Source: Monocercomonoides exilis PA203 (Eukaryota; Protista; Preaxostyla). Taken from it: 64,000 nucleotides of DNA. Each line of letters begins with the position of its first letter. Position 1 is the first letter of the stretch. The translations under genes were made by a program, and so were the position numbers. The DNA is taken from assembly GCA_001643675.2 (NCBI GenBank), contig LSRY02000034.1, positions 186,001 through 250,000 of the forward strand, read 5' to 3'. The notes beneath the pieces were generated by a model, which saw nothing but the letters and a program-made list of their open reading frames with translations, was not told where the DNA came from and searched no databases. This document shows positions 39,252-51,558 of the stretch, one piece after another.

Positions 39252-42195
39252 ATGGAAAAACATATGAAAATGAAAAGGCAGGAAATGCCGTTTGAATTTA
39301 GCAGAACCAAGGGGCGAAGAAGTAAAGGTATGAAATGTAATTTATGTATTTTCAAATGCAAAGATGAACGCATTGGTTTTACAATGAATTTGCTGATTCA
39401 GATTCACCTCTTTCCTTGGCACGAGTCGTGGCAAATCTGGAAACACAGAGCGAGTGCCGTGCGCAATTGGCAAGTGCACGCTGTATGCAGCTAAATCCTG
39501 AGCTTTTAGCATCTACATCGAGAAGCAGGGAAGCGACAAACATTTCTTCTTCATTTTGCTTTTCTCCTCCAGTTATTCGAGATTTGAATCCACAGAATGC
39601 ATCCGGGTCAGAAATGCGCATGGGTGAGTATCCCTGTGCATCTGGCAGAACGGATACAGGGTCATTTGTGCCAAGATTCTCATTTGGAAGTCAAAATCAA
39701 AGTCTTTATTCTTCCATTTCAGCTCAACCACAGCAGCAGCAAGTGCAGCATCCCAGCATTGCAAATGCTCCAAGGCCAAAGGGGGCAGGAAATAAGCCGG
39801 CTGTGAGCAAGGCATTTATGGATTCCTTGAGGAGCTCAGCTGGATCAATTCAGTTTATCTTACCAGACGGTTCAGATGCAGCACAAATAGGTACGAAAGA
39901 AAAGGATCACATGATCACCACTGAAGAAGATCAAAACAGTGAAATGAAAGATGAAGAAGAAAATGTTGAAAGAGGATCGGAAGTGAATGCTGTTGATGGA
40001 GTTGAAAGAAAGAAAAAAGATGAGGAAGAGAATGAAAATGGTGATGAGTGCTCCACTTCGGAAGAGATAAAAGCAAAAGAGTCGATTTGTCAACGAGAAA
40101 ATGAACAGGAAATTACTGAATTAACACCAACTGTTTTGGAGCATCAACTTCAAAATGAAATGGAAGAGAGAAAAGAAGATAGAGAAAGTGAGGAAGAGGA
40201 AGAGGAAGAGGAAGAAGAAGAAGAAGAAGAGGAGGAGGAGGAGGAGGAGAAAGAGAACAAAGAGAAAGAAGAGAAAGAGAGTGATGAAAGAAATGATGAG
40301 GATGAAGAGGAAGATGAGGAAGATGAGGAGGAAGGGGCAGGAGAAGGTGAAGGTGAATCTTCAAGAAACAAAGAAAAAGATGAAGAAAAGATGGAAAACG
40401 AAAACGAAAACGAAAAAGAAAAAGAAACAGAGGAAAAGGAAGCGAGAAGAGCATTTTCATCATCATTGTCCACTCTTCAGGAGCATATCATGCAGCAACC
40501 TCAAACGCCTCCATTGGCACTTCAATCTCCAGTTGCAACTGAACAATTGCAATCATCACGTTTATCTTCTTCCACAGGAAATAATACAGTTAATGAGAGC
40601 ATGGTGAGTGCATTGCAAAGGGAACAGATTGGTTCAGAAACAAAAAGAACACAAGGAAGAAGAGAAGAAGGAGGAGAAGAAGAAAGACTCATTGGAAAAA
40701 GAAGAGAAGGAGCAGAAGAGGAGAGAGCGAGATGGGATCAGCCAGATGAAAATGGAAATGGAGCGAGTGTTGCATCAGCAAAGCGGCACATCATCAAAAA
40801 TCTGAAGATTGTGAATAACGCGACGCTGAAGGAGAAGACGGAGCAGCTGATCTCAGCCACCATCCACGCGTCGATCATTGCCACACAAACAGCGCTGGAG
40901 CAGGACGAGGCATTGCTGGCAGCACACGCAGCGAGTGATTGGGATGAGAAAGAAGAAGAGCAAGGAGTGCGAGTGATGGCTGAGTCGATGGCTGAGCAGA
41001 AAGAAAAAGCGTCTGAAGGATTTGGCTTTGATTATGTTGGATATGAAAGAGAGCTTGCCGGAAAAGCGACGACACCTTCAGCAGCGCTGATGAAAGCATC
41101 GTCTATGGCACCATCTCTGTACTCTTCTGCATCGTCATCTTATTCCACATATCCTCTCTCATCATCGTCATCATCCTCAACATCATCCTATTCTTCTTCT
41201 TCTCCTCTTCCTCCTACACCTTCTCCGATGAGCAGAGCAAGCAGTGTGGGAAAGGAATTGGCTCCGGCTGTAGCGATGGTGTTTCCGGATCTGCGTCTTC
41301 CGCCGGAGACTGTGGCATTCTTGTCTGTTGGGGCGCCTGTGGTGAAGATTGGGACAGACTCTCTGTCTCGGATGTTCTACTTGACTGCCGAAGGAATCGA
41401 TCCGATGATGCGAAGGCAGCCTGTAATGCCATTAGGTGTGACTGCTTTTTTTTCTATTCCTTAAGTTTCATTGATATCTTTTTTTGAATCGTTTGCTTTT
41501 TAATGGCTGTGGTGATTGTATTCTTTGTCAATTATTTATATCCTTGGTTTTCTTTGATGTGTTATTGCTGCTGAATTGCTGCAGCTGGGAGAGAAGGGAA
41601 AGGGAGGAGAACTGAAGGAGCGAATGCGTTGGGGGTGCCGTTTGTGCGGGGAGGAGTGTTTTCGAGTGGGGCGTTTGCGGGGCTGGCGTGGCGGAAGAGC
41701 AGAGCAGGCGAAGTGGTGGGGACATGCCACTTCAGAGACATGGCTTCGATCAGGTGCTACGGCCGCTCAGGGAAAGAGCAGCGGGCTGAAAGCATGCCGC
41801 CTTCAAATGCAGACGCTGTGATGGAGAGCATCACAAACTCGAGCGATTTCTTGGCGAAGTGGGAACCGCTGGTGCGGAGCATGCAAGGGAGCAGTGGAAG
41901 TGGAGATGAAGCAGAGGAGCAAGAAGAAGTGGGATCAGTGGGTGGCAGGAGAGGAGGAAGGGATTCAGTTAAAAACAGTGGAAGGCGTGGTTCTATTCTT
42001 GAGCGTGTGCCGTTTGCGCCTGATGCAACGATGTTCTCGTTGAGGAGGACGGAGCATCGCCCGCAGATCACGTTTGCATTTGGATCTCCGTTTGAGATGG
42101 AGAGCTGGGTGATGTGCATCAGCCAGGCACATTGCGTGTGGAGAGGGATGGAGATGAAGGAGAAAATTCTGCGCGAGGAAATGGAAGCTCGCTGA
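39252..42195 (+). CDS. Hypothetical acidic low-complexity protein with possible C-terminal split PH-like domain; start uncertain
   Basis: 682-aa and 188-aa ORFs are separated by an AT-rich GT..AG intron. 'FLSVGAPVVKIG..SRMFYL' and 'FSL..QITFAFGSPFEMESWV' resemble PH strands and the terminal Trp helix. Confidence 0.55.
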
Positions 42196-43036
42196 ATGGG
42201 TTGAATGGATGTTGTTTTCTCCGTTTAAATTGATTTCTCACATTTTTAGACCATTTTCATTTTTCTAACAATTTTCATGATGTATTGCCACAGTTTTTTT
42301 GTTGGTTGTGTTAAATGTCATTTTGTCGAATTGCTGCTCATCCGATTGTCGAAGTATTTTTTGAGCATTTGATAACTGAATACCCGCAGGAGAGAGAAAT
42401 TTTTAATTAGCATCATTTAGCCTTGATAGATTCTACCAACAATACGTTCAACTGATGGCTGGGTTTCCAATTATATTTTTTATTCCTCAAAACCAAATAC
42501 ACCAAAAACTATTCAAAAATGAGAATTATTTAATTACATTTTTTTTTTCTTTTTTTGTGAAAAATCAGCCACTGTCCGAATGAAAGAAAGTGAATTGAAT
42601 ATTGCATTTAATAAATATTCGTGAAAATGATGAAAAATTGAAGTTTTATTTATATTAATAGCTGATAAACATAAAAATGTTCACATTTTCAGAAAAAAAT
42701 CATCAACCTTGAAATCAGATAATTTTCAAATGTGTTATTCTTTTTTTTGAAAAGTCACAAATGATCGATATGGGGCAAAATTTTTGCATTTGTGAAAAAA
42801 AACAACGATTTGTTCCAAACTTCTTCCACAACCTTTTCATGATAATATTTTCATTCCAATATTAAAAAAATAGATAGAAATTTTCAAAATTGAGATAAAT
42901 ATTTGAATGAATGAAATGGAGCAAAATTCATAAATCAAAAAAAATTGTCCCATATCTATATGTGTGATTATTTTTTATTTCAAATTTTTTCATTCATAAT
43001 TTTCTGTACAAATATTTTTCTTGAAGATAAAGTGAT

Positions 43037-44506
43037 GGCAAATGGGGATCATACGGCCAGTTTAAAAAAATGAATAAAAAAATTTGTTATAAAGCAATTT
43101 ACTGCAACCAACTTCTGATATATTATGTTTGAAACAATGTTGAATCAAATAATAATGTGAAAAACAAAAAATAAAAAACAAAATAAAGAAAAACAAAAAA
43201 TTATGGGATCATATTTTTTTTCCTCTTGATATTCTGATGCTGATTCTCCATATCCTGCACCAAACTCATCTTCATCTGTATCTTCTGATGATTCTTCAAA
43301 AAAAGGTGTTACTGACTCATCTTCTGGTTTATCTTCTGGATCTTCATCGATTTTTTCAGCCTCTGGAATTGAATACATTATTCTTTTGATGAATGAATAA
43401 AATTTCATTTTTTTGGTGTTATGAAACATAAACTCAGCAAGGCGATCGTCTCCATATTTATCTCTCACTCCAGATTTTGGTAAAAAATTCCGAAATCTCG
43501 ACCATAAGCTCTCTATACTGTTTGTGCAAACTTTTGTGATAGGATCTGCAAAGTGAAACTTATGACACACAGTTTGATGAATATATTTATACTCCGGCAA
43601 ACACTTGTAGACTGGCCATTCGTCCGAATAAATTTTTTGTTTTCGGTTTGATATTTGATAGGATTAACGGTAATAATGTTCTTTTGTTTCTTTTTTCAAC
43701 TCTAATAATGAAAAATTAGCTCTCTCTTTCTTTATCAGCCCTTTCAATTCTTCCAAATAACCAAATTTGAGGCTTCCTCCTTCCTTTGTGATATTTCCTT
43801 CTTCTCAGCAGGGCTTCATCGATTTCAACAATTCTCCCCTCCCCTCCAATCGCTTCAAAATCTTCAAATAAGAACTTGGCAGAAGATGATCTGCAATGAG
43901 AATGCCAAAATGAAACTGTTCTTCTATCAAGATTCAGCAATAAACATGTTTGCGAGATATTTATTTTTAGACAGTAATACAGAAGAATATGCAATAATTT
44001 GTTAAGAGGAATTTTGATGTTGAAAAAGGAAGTGTTGTGAAATATGCTCACAGATTTGCCACAATTTGAGCATCAAAATTGTCTTCTTGTTTCAGATCTT
44101 TTGTAAACGTACATTTTCGAGCCGCAATTTGAACAGTTTTCTTCATTCGTGTTAAGGACGTTGTTGATGATCCAGTCGAATGAACATTCGTTGCATGAAA
44201 ATATTATGTTCAATTCGTTTATCTCTTGTTTTGAACAGGATATGCTCTTTAACATCACTCAATAAATCGATTTCAAATGAGTTTAAATATTTGTATTTAT
44301 ATAAATAGTTATTGAATTAATTAATATTTGCACACAAATAATATTTATTATTAATGGGTTCATGAAATTTTCAGAATATTCAACATACGCACTTTTTATA
44401 TAAAAACACAGAAATATGTTGTTATTTCATATCTATTTGACACACATAAATTGAAAAAAAGATAAAAATTAGTTGATTTCTACTGGTCGTATAATACTCA
44501 TTTGCC
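43037..44506 (-). mobile_element. Merlin (IS1595/ISXO2-like) DNA transposon, 1470 bp
   Basis: 25-bp TIRs GGCAAATGGGGATCATACGGCCAGT / ACTGGTCGTATAATACTCATTTGCC (21/25 match); 8-bp TSD AAAGTGAT at 43029-36 and 44507-14. Confidence 0.92.
43145..44258 (-). pseudogene. Merlin/ISXO2-like DDE transposase, inactivated
   Basis: Zn-ribbon CSNCG x2, 'IGGEGRIVEIDEA..RRKYHKGR', 'YSDEW..Y', 'H.TVCH..F.DP.T.VCTNSIESLWS'. In-frame stops at 44073-75 and 43716-18 and a homopolymer frameshift near 43635. Confidence 0.9.
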
Positions 44507-45087
44507 AAAGTGATGACAACTGAAATATTTAAAGGTTTGGCAAAGACATCTTCTTCTATATTTCAGCTGAAATTCATATTTTTTAACAGTTGTGATAAAT
44601 TCAGCATTTGAATTCAAAACATTTTCCCAATGACAAACAATCTTTGAAAAATCAACACTTCGAAAAAAGATATGATTTTAAAAATAATCACCCAAATAAT
44701 CATCCAAAGGGAAATAAATCATTTATGACTTTTTAAAATAAAAGAATAACACATTTGAAAATTATCTGATTTCAAGGTTGATGATTTTTTTCTGAAAATG
44801 TGAACATTTTTATGTTTATCAACTATTAATATAAATAAAACTTCAATTTTTCATCATTTTCACGAATATTTATTAAATGCAATATTCAATTCACTTTCTT
44901 TCATTCGGACAGTGGCTGATTTTTCACAAAAAAAGAAAAAAAAAATGTAATTAAATAATACTCAATTTGATTTATTTTGAATAATAAGTTAAACATCTTC
45001 AAATAATAAAAGGTGAAATATAGAATTTTCTCGATGCTTTTCATTCTGCTAATGCGAGACTGTAAATACTAAAATATTTCTTAAAAT

Positions 45088-45327
45088 GGGTTATTCTTTT
45101 TGAAAAGTCGCGAATGTTTAATTTTCAAATAAATCAAAAATTTCATATTTTGCTCAAATTATTTTAAACATTCAACAAACTTCTTTTATATGGAATCTAT
45201 TTCTGGATAATGCCATTTCACACATTCTTAAGTAGATTCTTGAATAAAAACAGAAATTAGAGCAGAATAAGAAATTTTTGATTTATTTGAAAATGAAACA
45301 TTTGTGACTTTTCAAAAAGAATCACCC
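45088..45327. mobile_element. 240-bp MITE
   Basis: 29-bp TIR GGGTTATTCTTTTTGAAAAGTCGCGAATG / CATTTGTGACTTTTCAAAAAGAATCACCC; AAAT on both flanks (4-bp TSD). Confidence 0.75.
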
Positions 45328-45787
45328 AAATGAATTTTTTATATTCCAAAAAATGAAATATTTAAAAAAAAATTTTTTTTTCATTCTATGAACATTTCGA
45401 CAACTAAGAATACCAATCATAAACAGTTGTTCGTTTCAAAATTCGAAATTGTTTGTGGCTCTTTAAATATTGTTGTTTCAAAACATATCTATTAACTTGT
45501 TTTTATGAGTTGAAGAAAAATCAAATTAAAAAAAATTTACTTTTTATTTCATAAATATATAACTCAAAAAGACATAATTACAACATAATATTTAAATATG
45601 AGAATAAAGTGAAGATTCGATAGAAATGGGTCGAACAAAATTTTTGTTATTATCCAAAACAATTTTCTTTGAAAAGAAAAACCGATTTAAACTTTACCAA
45701 TCCAAATCATATAATTTGGTATATCTTCATAAATAACGATTTAATAAAGAATAAAATATCATTAAAATAAATAAAACAAATAAATAA

Positions 45788-48118
45788 CTACGCGACCGTT
45801 TTTGGTTTGACGAAAATTGGAGCTAACACAAGGGTAATGGTTGACAAAAGCTTAATAAGAACGTGAATAGATGGACCGGCTGTATCTTTGCATGGATCAC
45901 CAACAGTATCACCAGTAACAGATGCTTTGTGTGCATCGCTTCCTTTGCCTCCGTAGTTGCCCATTTCAATGAATTTCTTTGAGTTATCCCACGCACCACC
46001 AGCATTGTTCAAGAACAGTCCTACAAGCACACCTGTCATTGTAGCAACCATCAGCATTGATCCCAAAACACGTGCCCCAAGGATGTTGTCGCGTCCTGAA
46101 CCAATAAGACGGAATGTCAGGCCAAGAACAATTGGAGTAAGGATAATTAAAAGAGCTGGACGGATCATTTCTTTCAATGCAGCTTTTGTGACAATAGCAA
46201 CGCAGTGTTGATAATCTGGTTGTTCTGTGTAGTTCATAATACCTGGCTTTTCAGCAAATTGTTTGTTGACTTCACGAATGATTTCTTGTGCAGCGTTTCC
46301 AACAGCATTTATAGCCCATGAAGAGAACAGATACACAGTCATTCCACCAATCAATCCGCCACAGAAAACTTCTGATGTTCCCAAATCAACAGTGATTTCG
46401 GTGTCTGATTCTCCAACAAGAAGCTTGACAGTGTCGAGGAAAGCAGAGAACAAAAGGAATGTTGCAAGAGCAGCTGATCCGACTGCATATCCTTTTGTAA
46501 GTGCTTTTGTTGTGTTACCAACAGCATCAAGACGATCTGTACGGGCACGGATGTGTTCTGGTTGCATTGACATTTCAACAACACCTCCTGCATTATCAGA
46601 AATAGGACCAAAAGTATCCATTCCCAAAACAAAGGCAACAACCATCAACATTCCCATGGTTCCTGAAGCTGTTCCAAAGAAACCTGCTCCTGGAATGCAG
46701 AAGTCTCCAAGATAGTAGCATCCAACAATGGCTGCGCAAATCACCAACACAGGAAGGCAAGTTGATTCCATACCAACAGCCATACCAGCAATGATGTTGG
46801 TTGCATGTCCAGTTTCTGATGCCTTGGCAATAGATTTAACTGGACGGAAACGATAGTCAGTGTAATATTGAGTAATGAAAACGAACAGCAATGAAATGCC
46901 GATACCAATAAGACCACATGTTCCAAATGCCCACCAAGCATTTGGATATGATGGATGATGAAGGCACAAATATGAAACAAGGTAGATGCCAACAGCGCAA
47001 AGAGCTGCAGTAACGCCAAAACCTCTCAAAAGACCATACATTGGATCTTCAGCTTGAGCTTCTAGGGATTCAATATCTGCATATGAGCCAAAAGCTGAAG
47101 TGGCTTCAGCTGAAGATGACTCGCCTGCTTTTGGAGCAGCTGGAGCTTCTTTCTTTGGACCTTCCTTTGAATAAACACAGAGAATTCCAATCATTGAGCT
47201 CAATAAACCGAATGAACGAACAACAAGTGGGAATAGAACATAACCAGCCATTGATCTTCCTTCAAATTTGTGAAGTGCTGCAACTGTTCCTCCAATAACC
47301 ATAGCTCCGATATTTTCTGCAGCAGTTGATTCGAAAAGATCAGCACCACGACCAGCGCAATCTCCAACATTATCACCCACAAGATCTGCAATCACAGCTG
47401 GGTTACGAGGATCATCTTCTGGAATATCGTTGTTAACTTTTCCAACAAGATCGCATCCGACATCTGCTGCCTTGGTGTAGATACCTCCACCAAGCTGAGC
47501 AAACAAAGCAACAAAAGATGCACCAAATCCATATCCCACGATGACATTTGAAAGAACGCTCAACTTAACATTGGGGAAGAAGGCATGGACAAATGCAAAC
47601 ATTGTTGTCACACCAAACAATGAGAGTGTAACAATCAGCATACCTGAGAAAGAACCTCCACGGAAAGCAACCTTGATAGCTTCATTGGAAGAAATCATAA
47701 CGGCTGCAGCACAACGAACATTTGTTCTCACGGACACCCACATTCCAAACCACCCCGAAAGCCCAGAGCACAAAGCTCCAAGACAGAAGGCGATGGCGCT
47801 AATGAGTCCCATAACAACGCGTGAGAATTCCTTTCCATCATAAGTTTCAATTCCAGCAGTTGAGCCGGGAACGAACAGGTAAATACAGAAGATAATCACA
47901 GCAACGGGCACGGCAAATGCTGTAATTGTTGTGTATTGTGTTTTTAAGAAACCAAAAGCTCCTTCACGAATTGGATCTGAAACAGCTTTCATTTCCTTTG
48001 GTCCTTCATCGTGGCGCATAACCCATTTAAAAAGCCAGTAGATGTAAAAGCAACATCCAAGGCATACAACCATAACCATGGCTATAAAGCCCCAAATCCA
48101 TGAATCAGTCGAGTTCAT
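45788..48118 (-). CDS. Membrane H+-translocating pyrophosphatase, K+-independent type, intronless
   Basis: GGGIYTKAADVGCDLVGK, IPEDDPRNPAVIADLVGDNVGD, GPISDNAGG, LDAVGNTTKA, GGAWDNSKK, GDTVGDPCKDTAGPS. Confidence 0.96.
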   Translation of the reverse strand: MNSTDSWIWGFIAMVMVVCLGCCFYIYWLFKWVMRHDEGPKEMKAVSDPIREGAFGFLKTQYTTITAFAVPVAVIIFCIYLFVPGSTAGIETYDGKEFSRVVMGLISAIAFCLGALCSGLSGWFGMWVSVRTNVRCAAAVMISSNEAIKVAFRGGSFSGMLIVTLSLFGVTTMFAFVHAFFPNVKLSVLSNVIVGYGFGASFVALFAQLGGGIYTKAADVGCDLVGKVNNDIPEDDPRNPAVIADLVGDNVGDCAGRGADLFESTAAENIGAMVIGGTVAALHKFEGRSMAGYVLFPLVVRSFGLLSSMIGILCVYSKEGPKKEAPAAPKAGESSSAEATSAFGSYADIESLEAQAEDPMYGLLRGFGVTAALCAVGIYLVSYLCLHHPSYPNAWWAFGTCGLIGIGISLLFVFITQYYTDYRFRPVKSIAKASETGHATNIIAGMAVGMESTCLPVLVICAAIVGCYYLGDFCIPGAGFFGTASGTMGMLMVVAFVLGMDTFGPISDNAGGVVEMSMQPEHIRARTDRLDAVGNTTKALTKGYAVGSAALATFLLFSAFLDTVKLLVGESDTEITVDLGTSEVFCGGLIGGMTVYLFSSWAINAVGNAAQEIIREVNKQFAEKPGIMNYTEQPDYQHCVAIVTKAALKEMIRPALLIILTPIVLGLTFRLIGSGRDNILGARVLGSMLMVATMTGVLVGLFLNNAGGAWDNSKKFIEMGNYGGKGSDAHKASVTGDTVGDPCKDTAGPSIHVLIKLLSTITLVLAPIFVKPKTVA

Positions 48119-48180
48119 ATTTAAATTTTCAAACCCAAAAATGATCAACAATTTCCATTTCTGAAATTGAAAATATAAAA

Positions 48181-48190
48181 TTAGGGTTAG
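48181..48190 (+). promoter_or_regulatory. Telomere-like TTAGGGTTAG (telo-box-like) motif in the PPase/RPL23 divergent spacer
   Basis: Motif seen 30-39 bp upstream of the RPL23 ATG; function inferred only by analogy. Confidence 0.3.
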
Positions 48191-48219
48191 TGATCAGATA
48201 CAACTAAGAAAAAAGTTCA

Positions 48220-48764
48220 ATGTCAGATAAAAAACCACGCGGACGTGTTGGATCAACCGGAAACAAAATGCGTATGACTCTTGGTCTCCCAACCAGCTCA
48301 AGAATCAATTGCGCAGACAATACTGGAGCCAAGGAAATGAATGTTATTGCTGTGAAATGCATTCAGGGAAGACTTAACCGTCTGCCTGCTGCTAGCGTTG
48401 CAGAAATGTGCGTTGCTTCATGCCGTAAGGGTAAGCCTGAATATAGGAAGAAAGGTATTTGACTTCTTTATTGTTTGGAAAATTATTTAATTAAAAACTT
48501 TTTGTTGAATTTTTGAAAATTATATTACTAATTTTGTTGGTTCATAATAATTCCATATATTTATTAGTTGTTCCAATCATTATCGTTCGTCAAAGAAGAC
48601 CGTGGCATCGTCAAGATGGAACATACATTTACATGGAAGATAACGCTTGCGTTATTTGCAACCCCAAGGGAGAAATGAAGGGAACACAAATCACTGGACC
48701 AGTTGCAAAAGAAGCAGCTGAAATTTGGCCTAAAGTTTCCAGCCATTCTGATGCAATCGTCTAA
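48220..48764 (+). CDS. RPL23: 60S ribosomal protein L23 (uL14), 2 exons
   Basis: '[16 protein letters not shown]', 'GRLNRLPAA', 'KGKPEYRKK|[38 protein letters not shown]'. Confidence 0.97.
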
Positions 48765-49427
48765 ATACATATCATTTTCTGATCACAATTCTTTAAACTT
48801 TTATCCTCTTTGCATATAAGAACAATACGTTCACATGGTAATAACTTCTTTTCAAGCGCATATGCAATAATACTATTTGTGTTTCTTTTCAATTCGAATC
48901 TTTTGAAGTCAAAAACAAGAAATAAATTCTTTCAGAATTTATTGTGATTCTGAAACGTAATTCTTCATCTTCAATTGTTTACGAATGCTCCGTATATAAA
49001 TTATTTAATCAGAGATTTTTGAAAAGTTATTTCTTATCGTCTTGAGAGAGAAGAAAAAATAATAAAGTCTTCAAAACTGAAAAAACTGAAAAGTTTTAAA
49101 CAAACAATCAAAATAAATAACAGTAAATCAAAAAAGAATTTTTCGTAATGATTGCAACCTATAATTTTTGTTCAAATTTTCACAAATTAGAAGTGAAGAT
49201 TGTTGAAATATGGAAACTTCATTCGAGAGATGATTGACAGTATTTTCAACTGCTTTTGAATCTCTTTTAAAAATACTTCATTATTAATCATCATAAACGA
49301 TACACTATATTTGGTTTACGTTTAAAATCTTGATTAAAATTTCAACAAACAAAAAAATAGTTGAATACAAAATCATTTGTGTGAAAATTTTATTCTTATT
49401 TATGATGTAATAAATCATGTTATAAGT

Positions 49428-51126
49428 TCATCTTCTTTTTCTCATCCTTTTTGCTTTTTGCGGTAAAACAAATTCGCTGTCGGATGGCGATTTTCCCCAA
49501 TCCTCTTCAAGCTTTGAAACGGAATCTTTTATCTTGGTTCCATTTTTTTCATTCGCTTTGTTATAATCGTCTTCAATACTTTCGCTCTCTTCTGCATCAT
49601 CACAAAACAATGGCTTGACTTCAACTTCATTAATTCTTTCTTTACTGTCACTATCTTCATTCAAATGAGATTTTTCGTTTTGGCAATAAAATTCCTCAAA
49701 CGATCCATCAACCAGCTGTTGAGTAGAATATGATGATGAAGCTTCAGATTTCTCCTTTGTCTTATGATCATCATCCAATGTGCAGATTGTTATAACCTGT
49801 GGAAGACTCTTTTTCGCACGTTGTCTGATATGCTTCTTGTCTTTTGCACTTTGAAAACGATTGAAAAGAGAAGTGCGAGAAGTTTGGCCATGAACAGTTG
49901 AGAGTTGTTTGGGGCCAATCAAAGATTCAGATTGAGGATTCACAGAATTAATAGAGTTTGTTATACGATGTAGCCTTCTTCTTTTAAGAAGATGCATGTG
50001 CCTCTTTATGAGTGCATCTCTACGAAGCCTTTTTCTTTGGATGCTCGAGCTCTTTAACGTTTTTGCACTGCATTTATCATCAGCTCTTTGGAAATCTTCA
50101 TATTTCTTGTTTCTTAGCTCTGTTTGACAAGTGCCATGAGAATCTCTTCCATCTTCTTTTGAATATTGTTCAATGTCCATTTCATTTTGATGTTCATCAA
50201 ACTCTTCATCGGATAATGGTTCAGACTCTTCCATCGAATTGAAATGCATCAAAAATTCGAGTTCTTCTTTTTCTCTATCATCTTCAAAGTCATCATCGTC
50301 GTCGTCATCGTCTTCATCGTCAATCCCGTGATGCTGACGAAAAAATTGGAAAAATGAAGGCCTGTGATGAGGAACTATCAATTCGTCGCAATAAGAAAAA
50401 TGATTAACAGGCTCAAAACATTGACTTTCAACAAGTGGATTTGTCAAGTATTCTGCTGTGGGATGCATGAATACTTGAACATCGCTATCACCGCTACGAT
50501 GCGAGATGAAACTAAAATCCTGAGATCTTGGAGGAGGCGGTACAGGCTGTCCGTTTTCAAGAGCATCTATTTCAAAGCGAAACAATAAGGGGGGAAATGA
50601 AAGGAAAAATAAATGAGACCTTGAAGCCTTGCGACGAAATCTTCTTCAATCAATTGAGGGTCAAGCTCTATTCCTCCGTCATTATGTTGATCTTTATCAT
50701 TAACATTTATTATTGATTCTTTGGCTTGCCCCTTCTCAATCTTTTTTATAAGCTTAAACCTGGAATTGCAAATAGGACATTTGTTTGTTTCCTTTACAAA
50801 AGTTTGGCAATGGAAATTCAAAAAAATTAATTAACAATGTAAACAATGCCACATACGTCACTCCATTTGGAAATACACTTCAGAAATGGTTATATTAACA
50901 ACAAAATAAATTTATTATCGAATAATTTTAAAAAGTTTCAAAGTTTTCTGTTACATACAGAAAAGCAGAAAAAATGATTGCATGGCAATATTCCAGCCTG
51001 AATGTTCACTAAATCAAGGCATATTGGGCAATTCTGTAGGAAAATGTCTTCAATTTTTAATTTTTGTATGATATGTGAATTTTCTCCTTTTGAATTTGCA
51101 GATTTTCCACATATTCGAAAAGACAT
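49428..51126 (-). CDS. RING-finger (C3HC4) protein with acidic/disordered C-terminus, multi-exon
   Basis: 'CPICLD..GILPCNHFFCFS|CISKWSD|ETNKCPICNSRF' followed by a 385-aa last exon. Confidence 0.75.
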
Positions 51127-51558
51127 CAGCTGTTATGGGAAAGTTTGAGTGAATAAACATCCAATATTATCTAACAAAGATTCGTTATTAAATTCAAGAA
51201 TCAGAAACAAATAATTTGGAAAGAGCAGAAGATTGAGGTCCCTGAATTTCTTCACAATTTTGTGACACATTGTCATAAAAATCTAATTTTCATTTGTTCA
51301 TGGGTTGCATTTAATTGAAACATAAAGTTAAATACAAAATTGAAAGTAGATCTTTGCGACAGACCGACATTTTTTGAAAGCGTTCGACAAGTCGACCGAC
51401 AAAAAAAATTTATTCAAATGTTTATTGCATTTTTTCGAATTTCTTTTTTAAATTTTCAATTCAAACAAAATAAGATAGATATAATTCACATGTATTTTCA
51501 AATAATTAATAATATATTAACAATTCATAAATAAACATTGTTTATTTTTTTCGACAAA

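Larger units (their letters stand above)
42521..44963. mobile_element. Element with ~240-bp near-perfect terminal inverted repeats (GAG...CTC), hosting the Merlin insertion
   Basis: 42521-42765 is the reverse complement of 44718-44963 with few differences; flanks are AAAT / AATT. Confidence 0.8.
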
